Positions 41,952 through 55,210 of a DNA stretch of 64,000 nucleotides are shown piece by piece. A program made the position numbers and the translations under genes. Every line of letters begins with the position of its first letter. The stretch's first letter is position 1. The stretch lies in NCBI RefSeq assembly GCF_006345805.1, contig NC_043007.1, positions 69,998,001 through 70,062,000 of the forward strand, written 5' to 3'. The stretch is from Octopus sinensis. Lineage: Eukaryota. The notes under the pieces are model-generated. The model was not told where the DNA came from. It made no database searches and saw only the letters and a list, made by a program, of their open reading frames with translations.

Positions 41952-42232
41952 AAGTGGTGGTATGTTGTCAACTCAATGCGACAACCCATGAAAGGGAAGA
42001 ATGCTACTGCTATTTAGCCCTTGGAAACACCGTTTCCTGTTGGCCATGGCATATTTTCTGTGTCCTTATGTTTTCAAAGTGGAATGGAGGTGCATATCTC
42101 CCCCCTTTGAAAACATAAGGACAAAGAAAATGTGTCATGGCCAACACGAAACGGTGTTTCATAGGGCTAAATAGCAGTAGCATTCTTCCCTTTCATGGAC
42201 TGTCACATGAAGTTGGCAATATACCATCACTT
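41952..42232. mobile_element. Palindromic (fold-back) MITE-like element, ~128-bp arms
   Basis: 41952-42079 versus 42105-42232, diverged mainly by substitutions. The spacer contains a small GGAG..CTCC hairpin. Confidence 0.8.
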
Positions 42233-42455
42233 TATAATTAAAAGGTAAAACTGAAACATCCTCAAGGCTTTAATGGAACAGACATTCACACACAGACATA
42301 TATGCATATATATACATACAAATGTAGGTGTGTGTATGTATATATACATGTGTGTGTGTGTGTGTGTATGTATGTATTTGTGTGTGTGTGTGCACACGCG
42401 TTAGTGTGTGTCTATATATATATATATATATGCATACATATAAATAATATATATG

Positions 42456-42490
<35 letters not shown>

Positions 42491-42509
42491 ATGTATATGT
42501 ATATATGTA

Positions 42510-42556
<47 letters not shown>

Positions 42557-42654
42557 ATCTATATCTATATATATATATATGTATATATGTATGTATATAT
42601 ATGTATATATATAAGTAAATAAATGGAGTTGACCGCAGGTGTTATTCAAATTCT

Positions 42655-42747
42655 TTTACTTACGACATATGTTTCGAAGACAATATTGGTTTTATTCCAA
42701 AGGAATAAACGGTGTTAAATAATGTAATCTTCTCATCAGGAAACAAT
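42655..42747 (-). ncRNA. Type I hammerhead ribozyme fold with intact core and long helix II
   Basis: CTGATGA-GAAGA...TTTATTCC ttt GGAATAAA...TCTTC-GAAA-CATATG-TC. Helix III is the palindrome ACATATGT and the site is GUC. Helix I is weak (TTTC/GTAA, one mismatch next to the core). Confidence 0.65.
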
Positions 42748-42897
42748 GTAATCTTCTCATCTCAACAACAAGGCATTATAACAATGTTGATGTTTGCTAC
42801 TTGCGTGAATATTGCTACCCTGGTAACTGTTTATTGAATTTTCCTTGTTAACGGTAAACAAAGGATAATTCATTCACCCATTTATATATATATATAC

Positions 42898-43000
<103 letters not shown>

Positions 43001-43584
43001 TATGTACACACACACATACATAGTTATATGTAAGAATTAAAATGTCAAAGGAAGATGAAATTATGTCTTGAACTTCATGACGTGCATGACGTAATTTCTT
43101 ACTCCCTTGTCATTTAAAAAAAAATTTCTTGTTACTGCTCTGTACCCGAATGAAGCATTTATATATTGAATTCTAACACCGGGTTATTAATATCGCTATG
43201 CCTATACAAAAAGAGAAGCAAAAAGTGGTGACGGAGAAAAATAAAGAAAAAGAAGAAGAAGAAGAAGAGAGAGAGAGAGAGAGGTAGGAGTCGGCAGAGA
43301 GAAGCGTAGGGGGAGATAAAGTGGTTGAGAAACAATGAGATCGTTGCAAAACAAATTGCATTAATTATTTGGAAAATTCTATGTGACAGAAACTTACGAG
43401 TTAAGGCTTAACAAATGAGTTATTTCATTTATTCTGCAAACAAGTTTGCTTTTCTCTTATATATATTTGCACCCCAATGTGTGTGTTTGTATTTGTATAT
43501 ATTTATGAGTGTGTGCGTGTGTGTTAATATGTGTGTGTGTGTGTGTATGTCTGTTCATGCCTTTGTTATGAATGTCAAGTGCTC

Positions 43585-44022
43585 TTTTACTCTTTTACTT
43601 GTTTCAGCCATTTGACCGTGGCCATGCTGGAGCACCGCCTTTAGTTGAGCAAATCGACCCCAGGACTTATTCTTTGTAAGCCTAGTATTTTATTCTATCG
43701 GTCGCTTTTGCCGAACCGCTAAGTTACGGGGACGTGTAAGCACACCAGCATCGGTTGCCAAGCGATGTTGGGGGGGGGGACAAATACTGACACACAAACA
43801 CACACACACACGCGCACACACACACATACACAAACACACTTACATACATAGATATATACGACGGGCTTCTTTCAGTTTCCGTTTACTAAATCCACTCACA
43901 AGCCTTTGGTTGACCCGAGGCTACAGTAGAAGACATTTGCCCAAGATGCCACGCAGTGGGACTGAACCCGGAACCATGAGGTTCGTAAGCAAGCTACTTA
44001 CCACACAGTCACTCCTACGCCT
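43585..44022 (-). mobile_element. SINE family B, full length
   Basis: Close to consensus, collinear with 36645-37113. Confidence 0.9.
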
Positions 44023-44091
44023 GTATACTTTTATTTTCGTTTGCACATGCTTTTCTGTTTGTTGTCTAGGAAAAACGACATTCTGTTTAAT

Positions 44092-44282
44092 ATATTGGTT
44101 TCAAGCTTTGGCACAAGGCCACCAATTCTAGGTTTGGCGGGGGAGTCGATAACATGGATCCCAATACTCAACTGGTACTTTTTTATCGACCTCACTGGAA
44201 TTTGGACTCAGAACGTAAAGACGGATGAAACGCCACTAAGCATTTTGTCCAGTACAGTAACAATTCTGCCAGCTCGCTACCC
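44092..44282 (-). mobile_element. SINE family A
   Basis: Reverse-complement head ...ATTCTGCCAGCTCGCTACC. Confidence 0.7.
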
Positions 44283-44487
44283 TATTCTGTTTAATATATT
44301 ATGATGATAACGAATAAGATTCTCGTTTAGAGTATTCTAAGGAGCAGAAATCATTGAAATCTTTTACGCAAAAAGACGTGTGTGAATGTGTAATAATCGG
44401 AACATTTTATCGCTACAATAGATTGCTTAGCCTAAAATCGTGGATCATGCAAACAGGTTTCGCATTTTATTATCATCAGATATTCAA

Positions 44488-44641
44488 AGGTAGCGACCTA
44501 GCAGAATCTTTAGCATGCTGGGCAAAATGCGTAGCGGCATTTCGTCAGTTTTTACGTTCTGGGTTCAAATTCCGCCGATGTTTACTTTTCCTTTCATCCT
44601 TTCAGAGTCGATAACATAGACACTAAGACACAAAGACACAC

Positions 44642-44683
<42 letters not shown>

Positions 44684-44875
44684 GACAGACAGACACACAC
44701 ACACACATATACGACGTGGCTTCTTTCAGTTTCCGTTAACCAAATTCATTCAGTAGGCTTTGATCAATCCGAGGTTATATTAGAAGACACTTCCCCAAGG
44801 GGTCACGCAGTGGGACAGAACCCGAAACCATGTGGTTGGGAAGCAAGCTTGTTACCACACAGCTACGTTTGCGCT
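44488..44875. mobile_element. SINE A 5' half (+) fused tail-to-tail to a SINE B 5' half (-)
   Basis: Family A head and body to ~44612, then (CA)n and the reverse of the family B head to ~44875. Confidence 0.7.
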
Positions 44876-45419
44876 TTTCTCAGTTTTACAAAAATTCCAT
44901 TTTGAACAAGCTTTCAGAATTGATATCTGTCGCCAAAGAACCAAAATATACTAAAATAATTTTAGTTATGTAACGATCGGCAATCGAATACTTACGTAAT
45001 AATCATGTACGCTCCAAAAATTTCAATTCAGTTCACGAAATTAAACAAATTCATTATTTTTGCCGTCGTATGTTACAAAAACAAGCGATCGAACAACTGA
45101 TAGACTCAAACAATAATGTTTATAATACATCAAAAGGATATTTTTTTTTGTTTTTATTAACCTTATTCAGCAGTGCTAATAGTTTATTCTAGTAAATAAA
45201 TACAAAGTTGTCTGATATATTACACTGATTACTTAAAAACCAGTAAACGTGAAACTGATGGCTGCAATCGATTTGACTTCAGTTTAAAATGTACTAGCAG
45301 TATCGCCATGCGTTGCTCGGGTTTGTTTCGACCCTTTGGAATTAAGTTAGACATAGCCTGGGCCAACACTGGCCAAAACCTTTCTAAGTTATTCTAAGTT
45401 ATATATATACATACATACA

Positions 45420-45453
<34 letters not shown>

Positions 45454-45457
<4 letters not shown>

Positions 45458-45840
45458 CAGTATCACCCGGCGTTGCTTGGGTTTGTTTCGACCCTTTAGA
45501 ATTGGAATTTTTGAAAAGTAAAACTTTTGCATTATGTAGCTTGTTATTCTCTTTACGTGAACATTTTTCTGGTTGAAATACACCGAAAAATGACGACACA
45601 GCAGTCAAAAAATCGTAAAAAATAGGGATTTTCATAGAAAAAAAGCACCTTTTTGATGTAAATGATTTTTGGTGTTAACATGGTCCGATTTGAATTTTTT
45701 CTTCTACGAAAGAAAGAGCAAGCCTTCTATCATATTCTCAATTTTGGTCAACTTGCGCTGCAGGGTCTCGGAGGAGATAGTGTTAGTTGAAGGCTACCAA
45801 ACCTGCCATACACAGACAACTTCAGCTTTATATATATAGT
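45454..45840 (-). mobile_element. Non-autonomous Helitron, plus an extra isolated 3' end at 45294-45343
   Basis: Minus start (A)CTATATATATAAAGCTGAAGTTG, end CAAACCCAAGCAACGCCGGGTGATACTGCTAA. The termini match 2051-2351 but the interior is unrelated. Confidence 0.75.
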
Positions 45841-46317
45841 GATAAACATAACCGACTCTATATCCTTCTGTTAAGGTATTTACACCTTTGAGGGGTTTTT
45901 TTACAGTATTGGGTATCTCTTATATTGCTTACTATATCACAGGTATTGAGACAATTGAGAAAGTGGTAATTACGCACTACGTCATCAATATTTAGTTCTT
46001 TAAATTCTTGGTTAGGGAGCCGCGTGTCTGATCAAGCATGTAAGTGTTAATACTTGTAGTTTTATTGTTTTTAAACAATTTTATTTCGTATACTGGTAGA
46101 ATGTGTTTATAAAACATCTTTTTCTCTTAGCTTTATTGAGAAAATTCTATAGTTTGTAAGATATTTGTTGGGTTTTTTTCTTCAATTTCTGCAATTTCAA
46201 CCAATCAGTGACGTCTATTGAGTTAAAAAACATTCTGTGCCGTATGAATATGTCCCTCGTTTAAGAAACAGATTGGGTTTATTTACATTTGTGAAGAAAA
46301 AAAGATACCTTCCCCCA

Positions 46318-46364
46318 TCCCTATCCCTAACCCTAACTCTAACCCTAACTAACCCTAACCCTAA
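46318..46364. repeat. Short degenerate interstitial (CCCTAA)n
   Basis: CCCTATCCCTAACCCTAACTCTAAACCCTAACTAACCCTAACCCTAA, probably part of a DNA-transposon relic. Confidence 0.7.
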
Positions 46365-47577
46365 AAGAGATTGAAATGCAATAGATCGATACTAGGGTCA
46401 TAATTATGGGTGACAATTTCATATGACACCGCTAGAAAAAACTGCCGTTCAAACCGAAAAGATTCTAGGAAGGTTTATAATATTAGTTTATAACAAGTAC
46501 TTTTATTGTTCCTGTTTAATGAAACTTAAGTGTATATTAGTCACCAGTAATTTAATATTATAACTTGTAGTGATGATATATTAATGAGCATGTAGTGTTT
46601 TATTATTAACTTTTGAATGCTGAAATAACGTATTTCACCCATAAAAATATTAGTAAAATTAATTTCAATCGTGTTTTATAAAAAAAAAAGATTATAAGCC
46701 ATATCTATGGAATTTTATAGTAATACCTATGGAAGACCGGTGGGATTATTATTTATATGGACTTAAAGATGGATCGTAATTTAGTATATAATTTAGTTAT
46801 TGAAGTTTATTATTAATACCGATACAAATTACATTGATTTAAATGTCTCTTGTGTAGTTTTAGTAAGGTTAGTGTTTAATCCTGCCTATATATTGATTGA
46901 TTGAAATAATGTGGTTATTAAGCTTTACGTTTATATTACACTACGGAAGACGGTAAGGATTATAATTTTTTATGACTTAATAGAGTTGACGCTGTTTAGT
47001 TACGTATTTAGGAGGGGTTGTAATTTACTTATGGAATTTATCTATTGGAAGTTGTGGTTTCTTTGGTTTGTTTGTTCCCAAACAACACTTATTTTAGTGA
47101 TGTTGACACAGCCGGATTGAATGGTACTGCTCAGGTGTCGAAACTATAATGATACCCGTGGGGAAGCTGATGATGGAGGTATGCTGGATTGTTGGAATGG
47201 CTGTTTTTGTTTATGTGGATTAGTATTATTGGATTGTTGCTAAGGCTGTGGAATAGTATTAATAATACATCCTTTTGATACATAGATACACACACACACA
47301 CATATATATATACACACATATATACATGCATGTATACATATATCTACACACATACACACATATATGTATGCATACATACATTCATATATCTATATACATA
47401 TATACCCGCATACACACATATATATACATTTATGTATGATATATGTATATACACACATGCATGCATACATACATACATACATATATACATGCATACATAG
47501 ATACATACATACATACATACATACGTACGTACGTACATACATATATACATACGTACGTATGTATGCATGTATGTATG

Positions 47578-47611
<34 letters not shown>

Positions 47612-48123
47612 TGTATGTATGTATATATGTAGACGCAGATGATAGTCTAAAGCGTGTCTTTGAGGGTTTTCCCTTACAACCCAAAGAAGCCCAGATCAAT
47701 AAATGTTTTTATTTGTTCTTTTCCAAATAGCAGAAACCCCCTTTACTCACCAATATAAGGTAATTTATACCGGATTTTAACGACTATTGTTGGTTGTGTG
47801 GAATTTAGTTTATTCGATCATTCCAGATTTCAATAATATCAGCTGCACCAATACTGACATGAATATTACTACCATATCTGTGAGATGTCTTCGAAAAATA
47901 AAAAAGAAATGTAATTTGATTATTTTCACTCGGTTTTGTCATTAATTCGTGGTGTTCTCCCATGCCATAAGAAGTCCAGGAATATCCTGCGCTTGGCTAT
48001 ATGAAGTAGTTGTGGGACGAATCTAATCTAAATTCAAGCCACTTCACAGTTAAACAGGTATCTTTCTATATCCGGAAGATGGCTGTCAGAGAGCAATTAA
48101 TGTTATCCTCCTTCTGTTGCTAG

Positions 48124-48344
48124 TCGTCTTTCCGACTATATTCAAAATCCGTCCAAAACTACCATAGAGACCGACAAGTATGTAAACAAACTGACGCCAC
48201 CTGCTCCTCGATCATTCAACTCTGTCGGACCAGTATCTCCGCCTGTTGATTCTGTAGAGATTATTATAGAATATTCGCAGCTGAAAAACATTACGCAACC
48301 ATTGTTTGAAAATAATTTCACCAGCTTCTGTAATATATCGTTAA
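48124..48344 (+). CDS. Candidate internal exon (phase 2-1), RLSDYIQNPSKTTIETDKYVNKLTPPAPRSFNSVGPVSPPVDSVEIIIEYSQLKNITQPLFENNFTSFCNISL
   Basis: Acceptor ttatcctccttctgttgctAG, donor AA|GTAAGT, 73 open codons, three N-x-S/T sequons near the end. Absent from the ORF track because no start codon precedes it. Confidence 0.5.
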
Positions 48345-48559
48345 GTAAGTGATAGGATGAGAAGAAAATCAGCCACCCTTATGATAAAAATTATTGCTAT
48401 TGTTAGTGACCGTATAGAAAGTGATAAAATGTACTGGAATAACCAGAACTGCCTGTTTTCAGCCGCTATTATTCTGATGGTATACTTGAAAGATAATTTG
48501 AGAGCCAACGGTAATCAAGAAGACATTATAAGCAACCAAGGTTGGTAACGACTCTAAAA

Positions 48560-49065
48560 AAGGGAAAAAGAATTTATTTCACAGAATAGAGCAGTTAAAT
48601 GCCATTAGGAAGTGTAGGGTGAATGGTAAGTTCACATCACACCAATACATCTTGAGAAAACTAACGAAAATGGCCGGAGATATTGCTCCAAATCTTGACG
48701 GAAATGAATAAATATAAAACGTGAACTCAAAATTCAGAGTAAAAAACCTCGTTATAGGAAAAGTATTACAAGGAAACAGGATAAAATACGAGTTTGCTTT
48801 TAACTTATAAGTTATGTACAATGAGGTGAATGAGTAAGGGGTCTCTTCCCAGGGAGATATAAAGTCATTCTGATCTAAGATTTGGAATGAAAGTAAGGAG
48901 TTTAATGGGAATGCAATAAATCGAGAATACTGTACCAACACCATCAATAAAACTTACCGAACGACGTTGAAATTGTCATCATTACTTTGAAAAGACAACA
49001 TAATGAGAAGACACCAAACAGCCCCCTCAAATATAGTTACTGGTATAAAACGTTGGCGTTTTAGA
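48560..49065 (+). mobile_element. R4/Dong pre-RT relic
   Basis: IKSF.SKIWNESKEFNGNA and AP...SYWYKTL resemble Dong FWxxIW and APGxDxIxxYWxKxL. Confidence 0.5.
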
Positions 49066-49117
49066 GAGAGAAGTCAGAGACAGACTGGGAAGGTGGGAGT
49101 GATAAAAAGTGGAAGGA

Positions 49118-49175
<58 letters not shown>

Positions 49176-49600
49176 TGTGGTTTAACTTTCAAAGCATGCC
49201 TAAAATGGGTCTTGTTAAAAAAAAAAATAGAAAAAAAGCACGCCGTAAATTTAATTCAAATCTCTCTCCACAGTTTTTCCTATCTCTCGATATGTGTGTG
49301 TACATATATGTGTGTATATATATTTACACATATATTTTGTTATTGATAACGTCATACGTATAATGATCATCGAATTGCTGATACAGAAACTTAAAGTCTT
49401 ATATATATATGTCTCCATATCTATATCAATCAATTAACACACGCACGCGCACGCACACACACACATACATACATACATACATACATACATACATACATAC
49501 ATACATACATACATACATACATACACAGTACGCAAATACACAGTATGCAGTTTGGTGCATTTGCATAATATGTGTGTGTGTCTGTATGCAATATATATAT

Positions 49601-50467
49601 GGTGGGCCAAAATTAGTGCCCCAACTTGAGTTTTTGAGAAAAGATACATGAAATATGAAAAGGTAAAAATGGACATGTAAATACACCCACAAATTTTACA
49701 TGAAACATGAATAGAACATCAATTTGACAAGTCTTTCAAAGTGACGGCCATTTGTTGCTATGTACGACTCGTAACGCCCGGCCAAACTTTTCGACACATT
49801 TGTTCGTAAAGTTATCTGAGACATACAGTTACTTGTTCCAATTGGTTCAAATTATGGATCGTTTCCTTATAGACTTGATCTTTGAGAAAAACGTCACACG
49901 GAGTTAAATCCAGATACCTTGCTGGATATTCACAAAAGCTGCCGCGACACCCAATCCAACAATTTCGTAGGTGCTGATCAAGGAAGTTTTTTGAACGTTT
50001 GTCATAATAAGGCGGTGCTCCAATTTGCACAAAAATTTTGGAATGATAGTATCGAAAATACGGTCAGGTGATGTTTTCACATAACGCCAGATAACGATCA
50101 CCATTTATCGTCTCTCGATGAATATGAAATGCACAAATTCCTGAAGACGATATCGCCGCCCAAATGACAAGAGAAGTAGAATTGACGTGCTTTTCTCAAA
50201 CCATTTCAGGGTCAGCTTCTGAATAATAGAAGCAGTTATGGCGGTTGATGTGACCGGAAACATGGAAAGTCGATTCATTAGAGAAAATGAGTCGATAAAA
50301 AAAATCTGGAATCTCTGGCTTCTGCCAGCATTCCCTCACAACATTCGACACGTCGAATACTCAATGACATATAGAAATAATAACGGCATGCATCAAGAAA
50401 CTACAGAACTAATAGACACACATAATTGTGATACATAAAGTTGGGGCACTAATTTTGGCCCACCCTG
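49601..50467 (-). mobile_element. Tc1/mariner-superfamily deletion derivative with TIRs
   Basis: Identical 27-bp TIR GGTGGGCCAAAATTAGTGCCCCAACTT at both ends. Minus translation GAPPYY...WIGCRG..EYPARYLDLTPCDVFLKDQVY corresponds to QDGAP..H / WPxxSPDLxPxD. Confidence 0.88.
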
Positions 50468-50494
50468 TACACACGCACACACACACACGCACAC

Positions 50495-50544
<50 letters not shown>

Positions 50545-51165
50545 CACACACACACACACACACACACAACACACACACACGCACACACATAGACCCTTAT
50601 GTTAAACAAGGGTGATAAGGTGAATGACAATTGAAATTTTTACCTCTTAGAGAAAGTAAACCAAATCTAATACTAATCATTAGTTACTCTCGTAAAAAAA
50701 AAATAACGAGAATTTCAAAAAGTTGCGAATTAGTTTCAATAATTGGAATGAATTTAGATGAATTAAGAAGTGATCTACTGAATTTTGTACCTAAATTTAT
50801 GTCATTAATCTACTTAAGTTTTACGGAGATGTACTTGCATAGCGAGTGACTTGATCTGAGATCGTGTGCTGGAACGAAAACAATTGCAGCGTGGAAGGCG
50901 TTTATAAGCCATTTAAGAAACACACAAAACCGTTAGATTCACTTCAACATATAAATTTAATTTGTCAAAAGTTATTTTCCCAAAATTATGTTATTTTTAA
51001 CTCTGCAGATTACTAGGAAATTACTATTGACCAAGAAACTTAGTAACAGTTTTCTTGCTGTGAAAATATTTGTGAACTGATCAAGCTGGCTTCAGTTGAA
51101 CTGGCTTCGCTGATAAGATCCTATAAAACCAGAAAATGCCCCAAATTGTCTCCCTTACTTGCTCA

Positions 51166-51466
51166 CAGTGATCTCAACCATTTTTTACTATTTTATTCTC
51201 GTGGACCCCAGTAGCTATTCCATGTTTAAAAACCAGTTTTAGAGAATGTTATTTATTAATATTTTCACACATTAATTTATATAGGTTGAACTATGTAAAA
51301 TGTTAGAGAAAGAAACCTAGCTGTTTCTTGCAATACATACCAATACCTATGTCTGAAGCAAAATTTTTTCAGGGGCCCCTTGTGGATCCTTAGTTTACAT
51401 TTTATTGCATGGACCCCCAAATATCTTATATGGGCCCTCAGGTTGAGATCCGGTTGAGATCCACTG
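51166..51466. mobile_element. hAT (Charlie-like) MITE
   Basis: TIRs CAGTG(G)ATCTCAACC / GGTTGAGATCCACTG. Right end has a short tandem duplication. No clean 8-bp TSD seen. Confidence 0.6.
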
Positions 51467-52059
51467 GCCTAACATATAAATCAACTTTGAGAAATGCATT
51501 CTTAATTTTTAACAATTACCTCCCCTCTTCTTTGATAGTTACTATCAATTGCCGCTAGGATTATACTTTCTCCATCGCAGAGGGAAATCTCACTTATTGC
51601 AGAATCGTTTACTTACGTCATTTAACATATCACCTCTTAACTTGTTTATCTTAAATTTTTGCCATTGTCCAACTTGAGTTATTTCCCATTGCTTATTGTA
51701 TTTTAAAGATATGTGCATACATTTTAATCAGATACACAATATACAGGCAAGTATATCCCAAGGCAATTACACACTCATGCACAAACACATACATGCACAC
51801 AAAGAATCAGAGTGACACGAGATACACACCTTTAAACTCTTTCTCGCCTCTGTCTCTCCTTCACCTCCTCTCTCATTCTCTCTCTTCCCCTCTCTCTCTC
51901 TCTCTCCTCTCTCTCTCCCACGCACTCACAACCACGCGCGCAGATACACATCTATAAGCATAAAGATGCGCAGTTGCGCACTTATACCAGAATGTATCTA
52001 TAAACAAGGATGGTAACTGGTAGGACTGGGTGATAGTGATGCTGCTGGAGCTGCTACCG

Positions 52060-52251
52060 GTACAAGTAGTGGTGGTGGTGGTGGTGGTGGTGGTAGCTGG
52101 CGTTGGTGGCGATTGTAGTAGTAGTAGTAGTAGTTATGGTGGTAGTGAGGGGTGATGACGACGACGAAGACAACGACGATGATGATGATGATGATGATGA
52201 TGATGTTGATGATGATGATGATGATGTTGATGATGATGTTGATGATGATGA

Positions 52252-52334
<83 letters not shown>

Positions 52335-52371
52335 TTGATGATGATGATGATGTTGATGATGATGATGATGA

Positions 52372-52410
<39 letters not shown>

Positions 52411-52414
52411 CGAC

Positions 52415-52445
<31 letters not shown>
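52060..52445. repeat. Compound (GGT)(GTA)(GAT/GAC)n trinucleotide array
   Basis: Seen directly, with a higher-order duplication of about 120 bp. Confidence 0.95.
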
Positions 52446-53351
52446 CGTCGGTGGAGAAGATTAGAATAAAGCAACGCCAGAATGACAGAGAAGAGAAGAA
52501 GGAAAATGCAGGCGTTTGTGTTGAATCACAACACTGAAATGGAAAATGTTGGAAAATGTTTAAAAAGTAATAAAAAAAAAAAAAAAAAAGAGACACGAAA
52601 ATTAGGGTAAGAATGATTAACGTGAAACAATTTTTTCTTAAAGAGAATGAAATAAAGACGTGACAAAGACGTGATATGGAAGAAAGAATTGGAAGAAAGA
52701 GTTGAATGAGAGAGGATTTATGAATAAGCAAAAATTCATTGAGAAAGTAAAATAATGATAATAATGAAACAGTTATGTTTTCGTGAAAGAGAGAAAAACT
52801 GAATGAAAATGATTGTAAGAAAAGAAGGAAAAAGAAGAAAGAGTAAAAAGAATGAAGGAAAGTGAAAAATTGAAGTGAATGAGTGAATAAATAGTCGTTA
52901 ATAGGAAAGAAAGAAAGTAGTGAGTAAATGAAAGAAGTGATAAGGGAAAGAAAGAAAGAAATGGAAGACGATGGGATAACCGAAAGAAATAAAGAAGAAT
53001 AGAGGGAAAATAAAAAATAAACGAAAAGAAGAAATAAAAAAGTAATGAAGAACTTGAGAAAAAAACGTTAAGAAAAAGTAGTAGAAAATAAAAAGAAAGA
53101 AGAAATTTGAAAATCTTCAAAAAATGACAGAAATAAATAAAATTAACAAAGAAATTCGAAAAGAAGTGAATCACTCAATGAATGACTATAGAAAAATAAT
53201 TTTGTGTGTGTGTGTGGTGTGTGTGCATGTGTGTGTGTGTGTTGTGTGTGTGTGTGTGTGTGCGTGCGTGTGTATGTGTGTGTATATGTATATATACACA
53301 CATACACATATATATACATTCATGTATACATATATTTATACATATCAATAT

Positions 53352-53395
<44 letters not shown>

Positions 53396-53448
53396 ACATA
53401 CACTCACTCACTCACATATATACAAATTTACGTTTCAAAAGGTCCACT

Positions 53449-53524
53449 GGAAGGAAGGCACGTACCTTCCTTCCGGCGCAACATTTGTACGGCGCCAAAA
53501 AATTTTGGGCGCCGTACAAATGTT
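53449..53524. other. Two adjacent perfect hairpins (10-bp and 17-bp stems)
   Basis: GGAAGGAAGG-cacgta-CCTTCCTTCC and AACATTTGTACGGCGCC-aaaaaattttg-GGCGCCGTACAAATGTT. Confidence 0.9.
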
Positions 53525-54009
53525 CCACAGCTCACTCTATACTCGATACAGTGTAGCAATAACCATCATAACTAGTTTGTAGAATGCATGCCACTATATA
53601 GAAAAATGAAAATGAATACAGAAAGCGTAATTGGTATTTTATGTTTCGTATAATGTTCACGTGTTTCAGAAAGCCGACGGCGGTTATTACGTATACCCAG
53701 TTATGCAACACAATACATTCAACTCACTCCGTCAGCATTATAAGCAACAATACCACATAAAGAAAATTATGATCCTTTCTATTCACAAGTAAACAAACTA
53801 AGTAGCTTTAGGTTATTATAGCAGGGAAGAGGGTGAAGAAAGTGAGAGGGTAAGAAGGTGTGATGGAGGAGCATGATGAGGTGAAGATAGGCAGCTTATC
53901 AAGGCCAGGCCTATCCCTATACACTGGTATGCACGGATACACATAAACATACAGAGTAATGAGGAAAGAATGTAGAGGAAGAAACGGACTCCAGACAATG
54001 TATCTTTTA

Positions 54010-54230
54010 TCTTTTACTTGCTTCAGTTATTCGACTGCGGCCATGCAGGGGCACTACTTGAAAGGGGTAGTCGAACAAACCGAACTCAGTGCTTATTATT
54101 TTTGTTAATCTAATACTTTTTATCGGGTCCTTTTGCCGAACTGTTAAGTTTGGATTAAACAAACCAACACCGGTTGTCAAGCGGGAGTACTGGGGGATAA
54201 ACACATACACAAGGCACATAGATATATACA
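54010..54230 (-). mobile_element. SINE family B 3' half
   Basis: Reverse of the family B tail module. Confidence 0.7.
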
Positions 54231-54404
54231 CATCAGACACACACACATATCTATCTCTCCCTCTCTCCCTCTACTTCTTTCTCTCTCTCTCTACACACAC
54301 ACACATACATACATACATACATACATACATACATACATACATACATACTTACTTACATATAAATATGTATGGTGGAAGCTATAGCCACTCATAATAAAAA
54401 AAAA

Positions 54405-55015
54405 GGACTACTGGTGGAATGTCCCAGTGAAAACCTCAATTAAATGTAAACATAATAGACCTGATATAATGATTTGAGATAGAGAAGAGAAACTGTGTGC
54501 AGTTGTGGAAATCAGCTGCCCAGCGGATGTTAACATAAATCAGAAGATCAGGGGAAAAGAGAATACGTACGCTGAGTTATTGAGAAATCTGCAGTTACTC
54601 TATCCAGATTACAAGTTCATGTTTATACCTTTAATTATTGGGGAAAGGAGATATATCATACACTGCCTAAATAGCAATCCTGAGAAATTAGGCTTCTCAA
54701 AACCAGGGAAGAGAAAGCTGATTCGAAGACTACAGATCCAAGCCATCACTGGAACTGTAAAAATCTGTAAAACTTTCCCGAAGTTTATCATTTAAGTATA
54801 TATGAGCATGTCTAGATAAGTATATGCATGAAAAGACATACATAAAACGAAATATACAAATTTGCACGTATACATACATACACACATACACACATACAAA
54901 ATAGCTTGTTGTTGATGTTGAAATTCCATTGAAGGAGCCTTGGATCTAGGTTAGAAATTAACTCTTCCTCTATTGGCAAGAAATCTTGAAATAAAACTGA
55001 ATAATGACATACATA
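54405..55015 (+). mobile_element. R4/Dong 3' end (REL endonuclease plus 3' UTR) flanked by (ACAT)n
   Basis: KHNRPDIMI*DREEKLCAVVEISCPADVNINQKIRGKENTYAELLRNLQLLYPDYKFMFIPLIIG, a PD-(D/E)xK pattern. The UTR ends ...GAATAATGACATACATAC. Confidence 0.85.
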
Positions 55016-55210
55016 CACGCATACATGCAATGTGTTTTTCAGTTTCCATCTATCAAACCCACTCACAAAGTTTTGGTCGTCTCGGAGCCATATTAGAAGA
55101 CGCTTAGGTTTTGAAGCAAGCTTCTTACCACACAGTCACACCTGCGACTAAAATGATGCTGGGCGTTTACGAGCAAGCTTTATGAACTAATTCAATGAAG
55201 TGTGCCATTG

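Noticed and set aside
46318-46364. Telomere or chromosome-fusion scar
   Set aside because: Only about seven degenerate units in one orientation, embedded in repeat-like sequence.
46600-47260. Possible further Penelope relic
   Set aside because: Only faint SVIYK/YIG-like traces, too degenerate to call.
53670-53790. SH2-like peptide KADGGYYVYPVMQHNTFNSLRQHY
   Set aside because: Short, lacks the FLVRES core, has no good donor, and other frames are equally plausible.
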